A stretch of DNA of 63,296 nt, taken from contig JANOQI010000023.1 in NCBI GenBank assembly GCA_031414775.1, positions 1 to 63,296 on the forward strand, in the 5' to 3' direction. Below the pieces are notes generated by a model. That model was given only the letters and a program-made list of their open reading frames with translations. It was not told where the DNA came from and did not search any database. Positions 33,208-44,509 of the stretch are shown here, in pieces. Positions within the stretch are counted from its first letter, which is position 1. Every line of letters starts with the position of its first letter. This stretch comes from Synechococcales cyanobacterium VAR_4_metabat_354. Lineage in GTDB: Bacteria > Cyanobacteriota > Cyanobacteriia > Cyanobacteriales > Chamaesiphonaceae. The position numbers and the translations under genes were made by a program.

Positions 33208-34823
33208 GTTTTAAATCCTCCGATCGGCGCAGTTTTGCTCAAGCGCAAATCGGGATGGTCTCCTTGCACTTGCCCCACATTCCACTCGTTCTTGAACAGC
33301 AATACTGGCTGCTCTAAGTTGTCCTTGACCACCATGGTATTGAACAGTGTGCCTGCAGCTTCTAAAGCTGGCCAGCCATCTAATACCCAGCGAGCAACTG
33401 AATAGCCCAGGGGATCGAGCAGAGTTTCTACTCCATATTCATTTTTCAAGCGGAACTGAACCACTTCGAATTGCAACTGCCCGACAGCCGCCAGGATGGG
33501 ATTGCGTTTGGCATCATCCGCTGAGTACATGATTTGGACGGCTCCTTCCTCGCGCAGCTCGGTCACTCCTTTTTGAAACTGCTTGAATTTGGAAGGGTTA
33601 GGATTCCGCAAATAAGCAAATAATTCTGGCGAAAAAGAAGGGATCCCAGCATACTCTAGCTTGTTGGTGCCGGTATAAATGGTATCGCCGATCGCAAATA
33701 CTCCTGGGTTATTTAAACCAATTACATCGCCTGGGTAGGCTTCATCGATCGATTCCCGGTCTTGGGCAAAGAGCTTTTGGGGGCGGGATAGGCGCACCGT
33801 TTTGCCGGTGCGGGTATGACTGACTGCCATATCTTTTTCAAACTTCCCGGTACAAACCCGCACAAAAGCTACTCGATCGCGATGTTTGGGATCCATATTG
33901 GCTTGCAGCTTAAATACAAATCCAGAAAATTCGGGATAATCTGGCTCGATCTGACCTAAATTAGATTCTCGGCTGCCGGGCTGGAGCGCATACTGCAAAA
34001 AGTATTGCAAAAATAGTTCTACCCCAAAGTTGGTCATGGCACTGCCAAAGAACACTGGTGTCATTTTACCGGCATGAATAGCGGCTAGATCTAGCTCCGC
34101 TCCCACTCCATCCAGTAGCTCTAAGTCATCTTGAAATTGCCGATATAGCTCGGGTTCAATCAACTGCGACAGACGGGGATCATCTAGTTCAAACAGTGTA
34201 TCAGCTGCTTCTTTTTTGCCATGGGCTGTCCGCTCGAATAGATGGATCTTTTGTTGGTGTCGATCGAACACTCCCTGAAACCGATCACCACTGCCGATCG
34301 GCCAGTTTACTGCATAGGTCTGCAAACCTAGTTCTTTCTCTATTTCATCTAGCAAGTCTAGTGGCTCGCGCCCTGGTCGATCCAGCTTGTTGATAAAGGT
34401 GAAAATTGGTAATTGGCGCATCTTACAAACTTCAAACAGCTTGCGGGTCTGCGGCTCTAAACCTTTGGCTGTATCGATCAGCATCACGGCATTGTCGGCG
34501 GCAGCTAAGGTGCGGTAAGTGTCTTCACTAAAGTCTTGGTGTCCGGGGGTGTCCAGCAAATTGATCTGAAAGCCATCATAACCAAATTGCAAGACCGTTG
34601 AAGTAATAGAAATCCCCCGCTGTTTCTCCATTTCCATCCAGTCGGAGGTTGCTTTGCGTTGATCGCGTCGGGCTTTAACTGCTCCAGCTTCGTGAATGGC
34701 TCCCCCATACAAGAGTAACTTTTCAGTCAGCGTCGTTTTACCAGCATCTGGGTGAGAGATAATCGCAAAGTTCCGCCGCTGCTCAACAGCAGTGAGCAGC
34801 TGGGGCTGAATTTCCGTAGACAT
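33204..34823 (-). CDS. prfC: Peptide chain release factor 3
   Basis: [45 protein letters not shown]. Confidence 0.97.
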   Translation of the reverse strand: MSTEIQPQLLTAVEQRRNFAIISHPDAGKTTLTEKLLLYGGAIHEAGAVKARRDQRKATSDWMEMEKQRGISITSTVLQFGYDGFQINLLDTPGHQDFSEDTYRTLAAADNAVMLIDTAKGLEPQTRKLFEVCKMRQLPIFTFINKLDRPGREPLDLLDEIEKELGLQTYAVNWPIGSGDRFQGVFDRHQQKIHLFERTAHGKKEAADTLFELDDPRLSQLIEPELYRQFQDDLELLDGVGAELDLAAIHAGKMTPVFFGSAMTNFGVELFLQYFLQYALQPGSRESNLGQIEPDYPEFSGFVFKLQANMDPKHRDRVAFVRVCTGKFEKDMAVSHTRTGKTVRLSRPQKLFAQDRESIDEAYPGDVIGLNNPGVFAIGDTIYTGTNKLEYAGIPSFSPELFAYLRNPNPSKFKQFQKGVTELREEGAVQIMYSADDAKRNPILAAVGQLQFEVVQFRLKNEYGVETLLDPLGYSVARWVLDGWPALEAAGTLFNTMVVKDNLEQPVLLFKNEWNVGQVQGDHPDLRLSKTAPIGGFKT

Positions 34824-35040
34824 GTCGAGTGGCCGCTGAGCATAACATCAGCTAGTCTAGCATTTTCGCCCCTGCTGAAACCCTGACTAGGAATATTTCT
34901 GGCGGCTCAATTGGATGTCTATAGATAAAGAGTTTGGGGATGTTTATTTTCTAGTGGAGATTTAAATGGTCTTCTGCAATACAGTTTTAGTTAGGAATTT
35001 AGGGCAATATACTGTCTATTCCATACTACCGTCCCCCATC

Positions 35041-35925
35041 ATGAATGTTGTTCTAGACGGTCGCTACAAAATAATAAAAAAAATTGGTCGGGGCGGTTTC
35101 AGTCATACTTACTTAGCCCAGAATTTAGCGCTGCCCGAAATGCCAGCTTGCGTGATCAAACACCTCCGACCCCATATTCAGCATCCCCGGGTTTTGCAAT
35201 TGTTCCAAACGGAAGCCAGAGTACTCGATCGCCTGAATCATCAGCAAATTCCGAATAGTACTGAGTGCTTTGAAAAAAATGGTGAAGTCTTTATGGTGCA
35301 GGACTTTATCGATGGTAATGATTTAGGTAAAGAATACCTACGTGGTCGGCAGTGGCTAGAGTCAGAAATGCGCGATTTTCTGCGCGACTTATTGGAAATA
35401 CTGCAATATGTCCATCAACACCACATTATTCACCGAGATATTAAACCAGACAACATTATTCAGCGTCGGGATAATGGCAAATTTGTCTTGATTGATTTTG
35501 GGGCGGTTCATGAACTAGATACTGTCATTCCAGAATCATCGCATACCATAGTCGTGGGTACTGCTGGCTATCGATCGCCAGAACAAATCCGGGGAGAAGC
35601 TTGCTTTGGCACCGATATTTATGGCTTGGGTGTAACAGCCATTCAGCTGTTGACCCGTACTCATCCCCAGTATTTGCCAATTGTTGACCACAAGTTGGTA
35701 TGGCGGGAAGGGACTATGATTAGTCATGAGCTAGCAGACATTATCGATCGAATGGCCTGTCCGCAGATAGCCGATCGCTATCAATCGGTAGCTGAGGTGT
35801 TGGCCGATTTGGCAAAGTTATCAGTGGCTGAAGCGACCCTCAATACTTCTGTGCAACAGGAAGATGTGTCTAATGAAAAAAGTCTGTTCTTAAGATTGAA
35901 ATTATGGGCAGACGCTTGGCTTTGA
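35041..35925 (+). CDS. Hanks-type serine/threonine protein kinase
   Basis: GRGGFS, VIK, HRDIKPDN, DFG, GTAGYRSPEQ. Confidence 0.92.
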   Translation: MNVVLDGRYKIIKKIGRGGFSHTYLAQNLALPEMPACVIKHLRPHIQHPRVLQLFQTEARVLDRLNHQQIPNSTECFEKNGEVFMVQDFIDGNDLGKEYLRGRQWLESEMRDFLRDLLEILQYVHQHHIIHRDIKPDNIIQRRDNGKFVLIDFGAVHELDTVIPESSHTIVVGTAGYRSPEQIRGEACFGTDIYGLGVTAIQLLTRTHPQYLPIVDHKLVWREGTMISHELADIIDRMACPQIADRYQSVAEVLADLAKLSVAEATLNTSVQQEDVSNEKSLFLRLKLWADAWL

Positions 35926-36156
35926 TCGTTGGTATAAATCTACAATCTGTCGATCGATCACTTCCTGTTCATTAATCAATACATACTCCTCAAAGTCTGG
36001 GATCTGCTTCTTGAGTTTAACAATAAATTCGCCGAGAGCTTTACCCGATAAACCTGGCAATAGCTGCATCAGTCGATCGCCATTAAACTTAGTCTTAAAA
36101 GCGATCAATCTAACCTCTAGCTGTCGTTCACTAATAATTTGCTCTAATTGAATAAC
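35902..36156 (-). pseudogene. Probable 5'-truncated gene remnant (KFNG..LMQL..GL.GK.LG.FI motif)
   Basis: The frame stays open about 16 codons upstream of the called TTG until a TAA; no convincing start; overlaps the kinase 3' end. Confidence 0.35.
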
Positions 36157-36191
36157 TTACCACCCATTAGTTTTGCTCGTGATTCAACTAC

Positions 36192-36218
36192 AAAAAAGGA
36201 GGACAATCTGCCCTCCTT
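36192..36218 (-). terminator. Intrinsic terminator of the DUF1517 gene
   Basis: Minus strand aaggagggca-gat-tgtcctcctt-tttt. Confidence 0.75.
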
Positions 36219-36243
36219 CGATATTGCTTAAATTACTAACTAA

Positions 36244-37233
36244 TTACACCAATCTCATATCTGGATAATTGGCCATAATGTCGTCGGCACTTAAGTTATC
36301 ATCGTCGGCTTGGGGTGCCCAAATTACTTCGATTGCCAGCAAGTTATCAGCAGACAAACTACCAATTTGGCGTAGTACCTGCTTCATATCTTCATCGCTG
36401 TTGATTTTGGGGAATTGAAGTTTAGCCTGAGTACCAACCAAGAGCGTGACCACAATGTATTCAGAGTGAGAAGACTCATTCATTTCGAGTAACTCACCGG
36501 GAGTTTGAGGTACGGTCAGCTTTTCACCACTAGCAGTACCAGCGAGAGAAGGCTTTTTCATCTGACCATTCAAGTTAGATAGAGTTTCTTCGGTGAATTT
36601 GCTCCGCTCTGCCAAGGCTAGCTGGTTAAATACGCCTTCCGCTGCATTCAGCTTCGGACGCTCAGCTTGAGCTGAGCCATATGCCCAATATTCGGGGTGC
36701 CGTAATAATGCCAAACTTACTTCTTGAATAACATGGGCGCGACCCGCTTCAGTATTGGTATTGGCGTTAAAGGCAATCCGATCGAGGTCTAGCTGTAAGC
36801 TTCGGGCTTGTGCCATTAAACCAACTTGCACCTTCGCGATCGAGATATTGGGATTAGTATCTCCATTACCTTCTAAACCATCAGACCCAAAGGTATTGCG
36901 GAAGGTTTGAAATAGGTAGCTAGCGATCGCGATTGTGATCAGTAGAGAGAACATGCCACCGCCGCCTAAACCAAAACCATAAAAGGGCATAAAGCTAGGA
37001 AAGAAACCAAAGCCGCCACCGGGGGCATAACCGCCACCACCGTTAGTCCGCATTGGTGCTCGGTAAGAGCGGCTCGACCCCCGGAAAGAGCCACCACCCA
37101 TGCGGCCACCACTCCGAGCCGCTAGCGCCTCATGCGCCTGCCCAAAAACCAACATGAAAACTAGGCCAGCAGCTAATAAGGGTTTAACCAATGGTTTGAT
37201 CATGGCTGCCATTCTTTTAAACATCGGAACCAT
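36244..37233 (-). CDS. DUF1517 domain protein (FLAP1-like, fluctuating-light acclimation)
   Basis: Signal peptide, ARSGGRMGGGSF, Gly-rich TM segment, ALLRHPEYW, ERSKFTEETL, EVIWAPQ...YP.M. Confidence 0.88.
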   Translation of the reverse strand: MVPMFKRMAAMIKPLVKPLLAAGLVFMLVFGQAHEALAARSGGRMGGGSFRGSSRSYRAPMRTNGGGGYAPGGGFGFFPSFMPFYGFGLGGGGMFSLLITIAIASYLFQTFRNTFGSDGLEGNGDTNPNISIAKVQVGLMAQARSLQLDLDRIAFNANTNTEAGRAHVIQEVSLALLRHPEYWAYGSAQAERPKLNAAEGVFNQLALAERSKFTEETLSNLNGQMKKPSLAGTASGEKLTVPQTPGELLEMNESSHSEYIVVTLLVGTQAKLQFPKINSDEDMKQVLRQIGSLSADNLLAIEVIWAPQADDDNLSADDIMANYPDMRLV

Positions 37234-37347
37234 ACTTTACTCGCTCCAGCTTTTGATATCGATATGTTTTATCTCTTTAATTTAGCTCGGTTTTCTCATA
37301 TTCGACGAGCCCCCGATGGCGAAATTACCGATTGTTTATATTTAAAA

Positions 37348-37551
37348 TTAGCCACCACCAATGATAGTGACAATTTCTAGTCGATCGCCAGTCTGAACGG
37401 TGGTAGTATCCCAAAATTGACGAGGCAAAATCTCTCCATTGTATTCAACTGCCACTAGGCGGGGGTTGAGACCAATCTGAGCGAGTAGATCTGGCAAGAT
37501 GGTGCCGATCGGATAGGTTTGGGATTCCCCATTAATTTGCAGTTCAATCAT
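37348..37551 (-). CDS. thiS: Sulfur carrier protein ThiS
   Basis: INGE..VAVEYNGEI..DRLEIVTIIGGG (C-terminal GG). Confidence 0.93.
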   Translation of the reverse strand: MIELQINGESQTYPIGTILPDLLAQIGLNPRLVAVEYNGEILPRQFWDTTTVQTGDRLEIVTIIGGG

Positions 37552-37837
37552 GAGCCTGAAATATAAGCAGATCCTTAAGATTCTAAGAGATTCTGGATCG
37601 ATCGAACATCTACAAGTGAATAAGGATCAGCTTTAGAACTTACTCTCATCTACTCTTAGCAAAACTTAATTTCTTTCTTGACGTAGATGTGAACTTAAGC
37701 GAAACTTACTTAACAGATGGTAATCGCTCAGTTTCAAAAGAACCTTTATGGATTTTTTTATAAATTCACAAGAAGTCTGAGGCTGAAGCTAACTCTCCGA
37801 TAGCTGTTGAACCACACACCACCACAAACGACTGCTT

Positions 37838-38044
37838 ATGAGCATGGAAACTTTGGAATTTATTATCCATCCCGATGGTCGAGTGCAAGAAAAAGTTACA
37901 GGTATTGTGGGTAGCTCTTGTACCAAGGTGACAGCAGAAATCGAAGCAGCGCTCGGGAGAGTGGTATCGCACAGTCCGACAGAAGAATTATTTACGCCAG
38001 AAGTATTAGTGACGGCCACCAACAGTAATCTGGCTGCTTGGTAG
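37838..38044 (+). CDS. DUF2997 domain protein
   Basis: EFIIHPDGRVQEKVTGIVGSSC..T..IEAALG.V.....T.E. Confidence 0.88.
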   Translation: MSMETLEFIIHPDGRVQEKVTGIVGSSCTKVTAEIEAALGRVVSHSPTEELFTPEVLVTATNSNLAAW

Positions 38045-38096
38045 TCGCAACTATTAATAATTTTTTATCCCAACCAAATACACCAAATACAAGCTT

Positions 38097-38483
38097 ATGT
38101 CTCACTTCAGCAATATTAAAACTCAAATTCGCAAGGTAGAATTCTTATCTGCCGCCCTTAATGATTTGGGCATTGAGTGGAAAAGCGGTCCCCAAGCAGT
38201 GCGCGGCTACCAAGGTCAGCACTTGACGGCCGATATCGTGATCCAGCAAGAAAATGGCTATGACTTGGGTTTTAGTCACAATGGTCAGGAGTATGAACTA
38301 GTTGCTGATCTACAGTTTTGGCAACAAAACTGGTCGGTGGATAGATTTTTGAGCAAAATCACCCAGCGTTATGCTTATCATGCTGTCAAAGAAACTGCTG
38401 CCCAGCAAGGTTTTCAAGTTGCTGAAGAGCATAATCAGCAAGATGGTTCAGTCAGATTGGTTGTTCAGCGCTGGGTAGCCTAG
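38097..38483 (+). CDS. ycf35: Ycf35 / DUF1257 family protein
   Basis: MSHFSNIKTQI, VRGYQG, YELVADLQFW, QRYAY. Confidence 0.9.
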   Translation: MSHFSNIKTQIRKVEFLSAALNDLGIEWKSGPQAVRGYQGQHLTADIVIQQENGYDLGFSHNGQEYELVADLQFWQQNWSVDRFLSKITQRYAYHAVKETAAQQGFQVAEEHNQQDGSVRLVVQRWVA

Positions 38484-38933
38484 ATGTCTGGCGAACAGCC
38501 AATGGAAGCATGCCCAGCTGCTGACCTAGCGCCAGAGCTGGGCGGCTGGCTGCGGGATGATGGCGAGGAGCGTACCGGTTTGGAACCAGAACTTGGTGGA
38601 GTTCAGCGTCAAACTGGCGTATATGTTGATGAATTGACCTGTATTGGTTGTAAGCATTGCGCTCATGTGGCGCGTAATACTTTTTATATTGAGCCGGACT
38701 ATGGCCGGTCGCGGGTGGTTCGTCAGGATGGTGATAGTGCAGATTTAGTGCAAGAGGCGATCGAAACCTGCCCGGTGAATTGTATTCATTGGATGGATTA
38801 TACTGAGCTGCAAAAATTAGAGGCCGATCGAGAGTTTCAAGAAATTCCGATCGCTGGTTTTCCGATTGATCGCGCTGCGATCGCTACCAAAATTCGTCGC
38901 AAAAAAGCCGCGCAACAAAATATAACTAGCTAG
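38484..38933 (+). CDS. Ferredoxin (CxxCxxC...CP type)
   Basis: VYVDELTCIGCKHCAHVA...AIETCPVNCIHW. Confidence 0.9.
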   Translation: MSGEQPMEACPAADLAPELGGWLRDDGEERTGLEPELGGVQRQTGVYVDELTCIGCKHCAHVARNTFYIEPDYGRSRVVRQDGDSADLVQEAIETCPVNCIHWMDYTELQKLEADREFQEIPIAGFPIDRAAIATKIRRKKAAQQNITS

Positions 38934-38935
38934 CT

Positions 38936-39094
38936 TCACAAGAATTTAGCATCCAGCAAAAAACCTGGCAAAACCTCTGCTCCCGATAAAGCATCGGGAG
39001 CAGTCAATATTTCCGGCGGCTGTCCAAAGCGATAGATCGCAAAATCTGGACACAGCGGCAAAAATCCTCGCCGTTCTTCAGGAGTAAGAGCTTC
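38936..39094 (-). pseudogene. Uma2 family endonuclease remnant with internal deletion
   Basis: Reads EALTPEERRGFLPLCPDFAI|YRFGQPPEILTAPDALSGAEVLPGFLLDAKFL*. The N-terminus and the E.xS...KM.EY..NG...GWLIDP block normally lying between these segments are absent. Confidence 0.75.
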
Positions 39095-39405
39095 TGCCAA
39101 TTTCACCACCCGTGGGAGCCATAATAATTAAATGTCCTTGTTTACTACGCTCTAGTTTCATCTCCAGATTGTCCGCAGCAATTTGCCGAAATTAGAGGCG
39201 ACTGATTTCGGAGATCGAACTCAAATCGAGGGTTAGAACGGCCATGGCTAAACAAGATAGTCGCTACTCCCCAATGCTAACATTCCGCAGCTAGTGTTGA
39301 TACGAACTAATCTTCAGGCCATAAATTCTTTTCCAGCTGTAGATAATTCGTCCAATTGAGTGAACAGGAAGCTATACTAAGCATGTTTTTGCTGAGTATA
39401 TTCCC

Positions 39406-41718
39406 ATGACCGAAGCTCCTTTTTCGCCCGCAGAGATTGCTGCTGAAGGCATCAAGCCCGCCGAATATACCGACATTGTGCAGCGGCTCGGTCGTCATCC
39501 CAACAAAGCAGAATTGGGAATGTTTGGGGTAATGTGGTCAGAACATTGCTGCTACAAAAACTCCCGGCCATTACTCCAGAGTTTTCCGACCACTGGGGCA
39601 CGGGTATTGGTTGGTCCTGGGGAAAATGCGGGCGTAGTGGATTTGGGGCATGGATTGCAGCTGGCTTTTAAAATTGAGTCACACAATCACCCTTCAGCGG
39701 TAGAACCATTTCAGGGAGCGGCTACCGGAGTGGGTGGAATTTTGCGTGATATTTTTACAATGGGTGCCCGGCCGATCGCGGTTTTAAACTCTTTACGCTT
39801 TGGGTCGTTAGCAGATCCCAAAACTCGGCGGCTGTTTGAAGGGGTAGTAGCTGGAATTTCTCACTATGGCAACTGTGTGGGTGTCCCGACGGTAGGTGGG
39901 GAGGTTTATTTTGATCCGGCCTATAACGATAATCCCTTGGTCAACGCTATGGCGTTGGGCTTGATGGAGACAGCCACGATCGTGAAATCGGGAGCTGCGG
40001 GCATTGGGAATCCGGTATTGTATGTGGGTTCTACCACGGGTCGGGATGGCATGGGTGGCGCTAGTTTTGCTAGTGCCGAGTTGAGCGAAGCGTCGTTAGA
40101 TAATCGGCCTGCAGTACAGGTCGGTGATCCGTTTTTAGAAAAATCTTTGATTGAGGCTTGCCTGGAAGCTTTTAAAACCGGTGCAGTAGTGGCTGCTCAG
40201 GATATGGGGGCAGCGGGGATTACTTGCTCGACGGCGGAAATGGCCGCACGGGGTGGGGTGGGTATCGAGTTTGATCTAGACAAGGTGCCCGTGCGCGAAA
40301 CTGGGATGGTAGCTTATGAATACCTATTATCCGAATCACAGGAAAGAATGCTGTTCGTGGCTCAGCCGGGACGAGAGCAAGAACTCATTGATATCTTCCA
40401 TCGTTGGGGCTTACAAGCGGTTATTGCCGGGAAAGTAATTGAAGAGCCGATCGTACGGATTTTATTCCAGGGATCGATCGCGGCGGAGATTCCGGCTACT
40501 GCTTTGGCTGATAATACACCGATTTATCATCATGAATTGTTGGCCGAACCGCCAGAGTATGCCCAAAAAGCTTGGCAATGGACAACCGCTAGTTTGCCAG
40601 CAGCGGAAATTAGTGGGATACAAAATCAAACTTGGTCGGATATTTTGTTGAGATTGCTAGACGTGCCTTCGATCGCATCCAAACATTGGGTTTATCGGCA
40701 GTACGATCATCAAGTGCAAAATAATACGGTGTTGCTACCGGGCGGTGCTGACGCGGCAATTATTAGAATCAGACCTTTGGAGCCGATTCAAGATTTAACT
40801 ACCGATTTGAGTAAATTGAATTTGGGAGTAGCTGCGACAGTGGATTGCAACGCTCGCTATGTGTATCTCAATCCTTACGAAGGTGCCAAGGCGACAGTGG
40901 CCGAAGCGGCGCGAAACTTAAGCTGCGTCGGTGCCGAGCCCATGGCAGTGACTGATAACTTGAATTTTGGTAGCCCGGAAAAGCCGATCGGCTATTGGCA
41001 GTTAGCCGAAGCCTGTCGGGGTCTGAAAGAAGGTTGTATTGAATTATCAACACCTGTGACGGGTGGTAATGTCTCGCTCTACAACGAAACGATGGATGCT
41101 AATGGTCAGCCGCAGCCGATTTATCCCACGCCCGTAGTGGGCATGGTCGGACTGGTAGAGGACTTGAGTAAAATTTGTGGCCAAGGTTGGCAGCAAGCTG
41201 GCGATTTGATTTATCTTTTGGGAGCCAAGACCAAACCAACTTTGGGTGCGAGTGAATACCTGGCCACAATTCATCAGACGATTGCCGGTCAACCACCTCA
41301 GATTGATTTCGATCGGGAGCGGCAGGTGCAGTTGGCTTGTCGGCAGGGGATTTGGCAGGGCTGGATCAAGTCGGCGCATGATGCTTCCGAAGGTGGTCTA
41401 GCTGTAACGATGGCCGAATCTTGTATTAGTGGTAAGCAAGGTGCCCAAATTAAATTGCCAAGTGTTGGCGATCGGTTAGATGAAAATCTATTTGGAGAAA
41501 GTGGTGCCCGGATCGTGGTGTCGGTGAGTCCGATCGATCAATCGACTTTTGAAGCGCACCTCACTAACATTTTGGGTGATGACTGGCAATTGCTGGGTAC
41601 AGTGGGCGGGAATTCTTTAACAATCGCCACTACCGATGGCCAAAGTTTAATTGCAGTTGATTTAGCAGCTATTACCGATAGTTGGGCAAATGCGATCGAA
41701 CGACGTTTAGCGGTGTAG
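39406..41718 (+). CDS. purL: Phosphoribosylformylglycinamidine synthase subunit PurL
   Basis: [46 protein letters not shown]. Confidence 0.97.
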   Translation: MTEAPFSPAEIAAEGIKPAEYTDIVQRLGRHPNKAELGMFGVMWSEHCCYKNSRPLLQSFPTTGARVLVGPGENAGVVDLGHGLQLAFKIESHNHPSAVEPFQGAATGVGGILRDIFTMGARPIAVLNSLRFGSLADPKTRRLFEGVVAGISHYGNCVGVPTVGGEVYFDPAYNDNPLVNAMALGLMETATIVKSGAAGIGNPVLYVGSTTGRDGMGGASFASAELSEASLDNRPAVQVGDPFLEKSLIEACLEAFKTGAVVAAQDMGAAGITCSTAEMAARGGVGIEFDLDKVPVRETGMVAYEYLLSESQERMLFVAQPGREQELIDIFHRWGLQAVIAGKVIEEPIVRILFQGSIAAEIPATALADNTPIYHHELLAEPPEYAQKAWQWTTASLPAAEISGIQNQTWSDILLRLLDVPSIASKHWVYRQYDHQVQNNTVLLPGGADAAIIRIRPLEPIQDLTTDLSKLNLGVAATVDCNARYVYLNPYEGAKATVAEAARNLSCVGAEPMAVTDNLNFGSPEKPIGYWQLAEACRGLKEGCIELSTPVTGGNVSLYNETMDANGQPQPIYPTPVVGMVGLVEDLSKICGQGWQQAGDLIYLLGAKTKPTLGASEYLATIHQTIAGQPPQIDFDRERQVQLACRQGIWQGWIKSAHDASEGGLAVTMAESCISGKQGAQIKLPSVGDRLDENLFGESGARIVVSVSPIDQSTFEAHLTNILGDDWQLLGTVGGNSLTIATTDGQSLIAVDLAAITDSWANAIERRLAV

Positions 41719-41720
41719 TG

Positions 41721-42242
41721 ATGCTATTAGAGCAAATTCAATTGCTGGCTCGTTACAACCAAGTAATGAATCAGCAGATTTATGAAACAGTGGCGCAGTT
41801 GCCAACTGCGGAATTAGAGATCGATCGAGGAGCTTTTTTTCGATCGATCTCCGGCACTCTGAATCATCTCTATGTGGCCGATATCATTTGGTTCCAGCGG
41901 TTTGCGATGCATCCGGCTAATTATTTAACCCTGAACTCAGTAGCGCAATTAAAGCGTCCCGATACCCTGGCGAAAATTATTTATACTGATTTTGCCGAAT
42001 TATCCTTGGCGCGGAAAAATTTAGATCAAACGATTTTGGCTTGGACAGCAGAAATTACGGAGTCGGATTTACAGTATTTGCTGTCTTACCACAACATGAA
42101 GGGAGAGCAGGGCACTAAAAAATTTGGCTCTTTGATATTGCATTTGTTTAATCATCAGACTCATCATCGTGGTCAAGTAACAACGTTGTTATCCCAGTTG
42201 GGGTTGGATGTAGGTGTGACAGATTTGTTAGCAATAATTTGA
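41721..42242 (+). CDS. DinB family protein
   Basis: ARYN..MN, GAFF.SI.GTLNHL..AD..W, HLFNHQTHHRGQ. Confidence 0.9.
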   Translation: MLLEQIQLLARYNQVMNQQIYETVAQLPTAELEIDRGAFFRSISGTLNHLYVADIIWFQRFAMHPANYLTLNSVAQLKRPDTLAKIIYTDFAELSLARKNLDQTILAWTAEITESDLQYLLSYHNMKGEQGTKKFGSLILHLFNHQTHHRGQVTTLLSQLGLDVGVTDLLAII

Positions 42243-42282
42243 TGGATTCCCTGGCTTTTGCCTAACTAGTAAGTTATGAGCA

Positions 42283-44382
42283 TTATTCTCCACTTTTAAT
42301 GCTGACAAATCCAGCTTTCTGAAGCAATTCCTGTCCTTGATTTGTCATAAGTAAATTGGTGTAAGCCTCACCAGCTTTTTGTCGATCGGTACCATCAGCT
42401 TTAGTCACTACATAAAGTTTGCGAGTGAGTGGATATATCTGATTTTTAACAACTGCTGGATTTATTTGATTGCGTTTTCCTTTGATACAATTCGCCGTAG
42501 ATTGTAGTGGCTCTATGTAAGGTTTAACTAAACTATTCTCTGTCTTGCCAATTGCCAAGGGTCGAACACCACAAAAATCAGTCATTACCTCCTTCGCCGC
42601 CCCAAAGAAAATGCTGTTGGGACTGCTTTTAACTTTTTGGAGACCTTCCGTAGTATTGCTCACGAGCTGATTAGGATTCCATTTGTTTTCTTGCTGTAAG
42701 ATCAACTGCTTGAAAGCCGAGACTGAGCCATCGGCGTTTTCTGATCTGGAAAAGGTCAGAATTGGCAAATCAGCCCCTCCCACTTGACTCCAATTAGTCA
42801 ATTTGCCGGTGTAAATACCACGCAATTGATCGATCGTTAAACCAGGAATTTCTAACTGAGGATTCACCACAACGGTCAATGCATCATAGGCTACCGCTTT
42901 TTCTACGAGCTTAACTTCGGTGGCGCGGTCAAAATATTTCGTTTGCGCTAGCGGTACCGAAGACTGGACAAAATCCAGATCACCCTCGATCAACCAACAG
43001 ATGCCGGTATTAGAGCCAGGATTTTTATCACATCTGCTTTCCTTGCCTGATTTAAGATTAGCTGCTTCAACATCACCTGAAGTAGTATAGTTGATTTTAT
43101 ATTTGGGAAAAACTCCCATAACCGCTGCATCGATTAAAGATTGTTGTTGTCGAGTCGTTGCCCAAGTCGTACTCCCTCCAAACTTGAAAGTCCCAGTGGG
43201 CACACCCTGGATGGTGGCAAAAGTTTCTCCATCATTGATATTGCCACTAGTAGCATTATTAATATTGGCTTCATTGGGGTTGGGCTGTTTCGGAAACAAC
43301 AGCCAAGCTAAAAAAGCTAGCGCTATTGATAATCCAATCACTGATAACAACCATTTTTTGGAAAATAGATTGAGAATAGTTAGTCTTGTTTGCAGGATGA
43401 TAGTGGAAGGTTCCACGCTAACATCTGGCTTCAGAGTAAATGGTGGTGGTGGCGGTGGGGGAAATTGATCTCTTTTGGCTTGATCTTTTTTGAGAAAAGA
43501 TGATGCTAGCTTGGATGCCGCAATTTCTTGGGAAATAGATTTTGTACTACTTGGTCGTTGGTTAAAATCTTTATGCATTAACCAATCAATCAAGTCCAAA
43601 AAATTATTAGATATATTATTTGTTTGATCTCGCCATATCAGTAAATCGCGAGGAGCATGATAGAGGTCTGTCGGTCTTTTTTCTGTCAATAGATAGACAA
43701 AAGTGCGACCTAAAGCATAAAAATCGGACTGGGCAGAGGCTCCACCAGTCTGTTGCTGCTCTGGAGCCGCATAGCCGGGGGTATAAATTTGAGTATGCAT
43801 TTGCCCCGTACCGATCATTGCCGCTTCTTTGACTGCCCCAAAGTCAATTAGGGCGAGCTGACCATCTGGCTGAAGGATCACATTAGATGGTTTAATATCT
43901 CGGTGAAAAATCCCCCGACTATGAATTTCGTGCAAAATCACCGTTAACTGTGATAACCAATCCATAGCGGTTTTTTCGTCGATCGATCGCTTCCTCTCTT
44001 GAATATATTCTTCCAGATCCATTCCATTGATACGCTCCATGACAATACAATGAAGAACATGCTGAGATTTGGGCGCGTATAGAAAGAAATCTTCTACCCG
44101 GGGAATCCCGACAATGTTTTCACCCGTCAGACTACTCAAAACTCGATATTCTCGATCGAACAACTCGATCGCTTTGGCTTTATTACTTTTCAGAACTTTT
44201 AAAACCTTCGGCACACCCCGTTCGGTGATTTCATAGGTATCCCCAAAGCTGCCTTTGTCACTCATCAGCTTGATTGCTTGATATTTACCAGCTAGCAACA
44301 TTTCTGAGCCACAGCTCTGGCAAAAAAGTATCTGGTCGGAATTGTGCGGTTGGAGGCACTGAGGATTGATACAAAGACTCAT
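42283..44382 (-). CDS. Ser/Thr kinase with N-terminal 4-Cys motif, TM helix and C-terminal PstS-like substrate-binding domain
   Basis: CINPQC..CQSC; HRDIKPSN, DFG, YAAPEQ; poly-Pro linker; TM WLLSVIGLSIALAFLAWLLF; GGSTTW, GSNTGI, VAYDAL.VVVNP, L.GIYTGK.TNWSQVGG, YPLTRKLYV. Confidence 0.9.
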   Translation of the reverse strand: MSLCINPQCLQPHNSDQILFCQSCGSEMLLAGKYQAIKLMSDKGSFGDTYEITERGVPKVLKVLKSNKAKAIELFDREYRVLSSLTGENIVGIPRVEDFFLYAPKSQHVLHCIVMERINGMDLEEYIQERKRSIDEKTAMDWLSQLTVILHEIHSRGIFHRDIKPSNVILQPDGQLALIDFGAVKEAAMIGTGQMHTQIYTPGYAAPEQQQTGGASAQSDFYALGRTFVYLLTEKRPTDLYHAPRDLLIWRDQTNNISNNFLDLIDWLMHKDFNQRPSSTKSISQEIAASKLASSFLKKDQAKRDQFPPPPPPPFTLKPDVSVEPSTIILQTRLTILNLFSKKWLLSVIGLSIALAFLAWLLFPKQPNPNEANINNATSGNINDGETFATIQGVPTGTFKFGGSTTWATTRQQQSLIDAAVMGVFPKYKINYTTSGDVEAANLKSGKESRCDKNPGSNTGICWLIEGDLDFVQSSVPLAQTKYFDRATEVKLVEKAVAYDALTVVVNPQLEIPGLTIDQLRGIYTGKLTNWSQVGGADLPILTFSRSENADGSVSAFKQLILQQENKWNPNQLVSNTTEGLQKVKSSPNSIFFGAAKEVMTDFCGVRPLAIGKTENSLVKPYIEPLQSTANCIKGKRNQINPAVVKNQIYPLTRKLYVVTKADGTDRQKAGEAYTNLLMTNQGQELLQKAGFVSIKSGE

Positions 44383-44509
44383 ACAATTACAATTTAGATC
44401 AATCGAGAGTATTGATGATGTTTTAATTGTATCGGTTTAGGGAATCTCTTTAAGTTGGTCTGTTATTTTGCTCCTGGGCGGTCGATAGAATCGAACAAGA
44501 GACTGATAC

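Noticed and set aside
37552..37760. Possible TPP riboswitch upstream of thiS
   Set aside because: No GCUGAGA or CUGAU...GCG.AGG core found on the minus strand.
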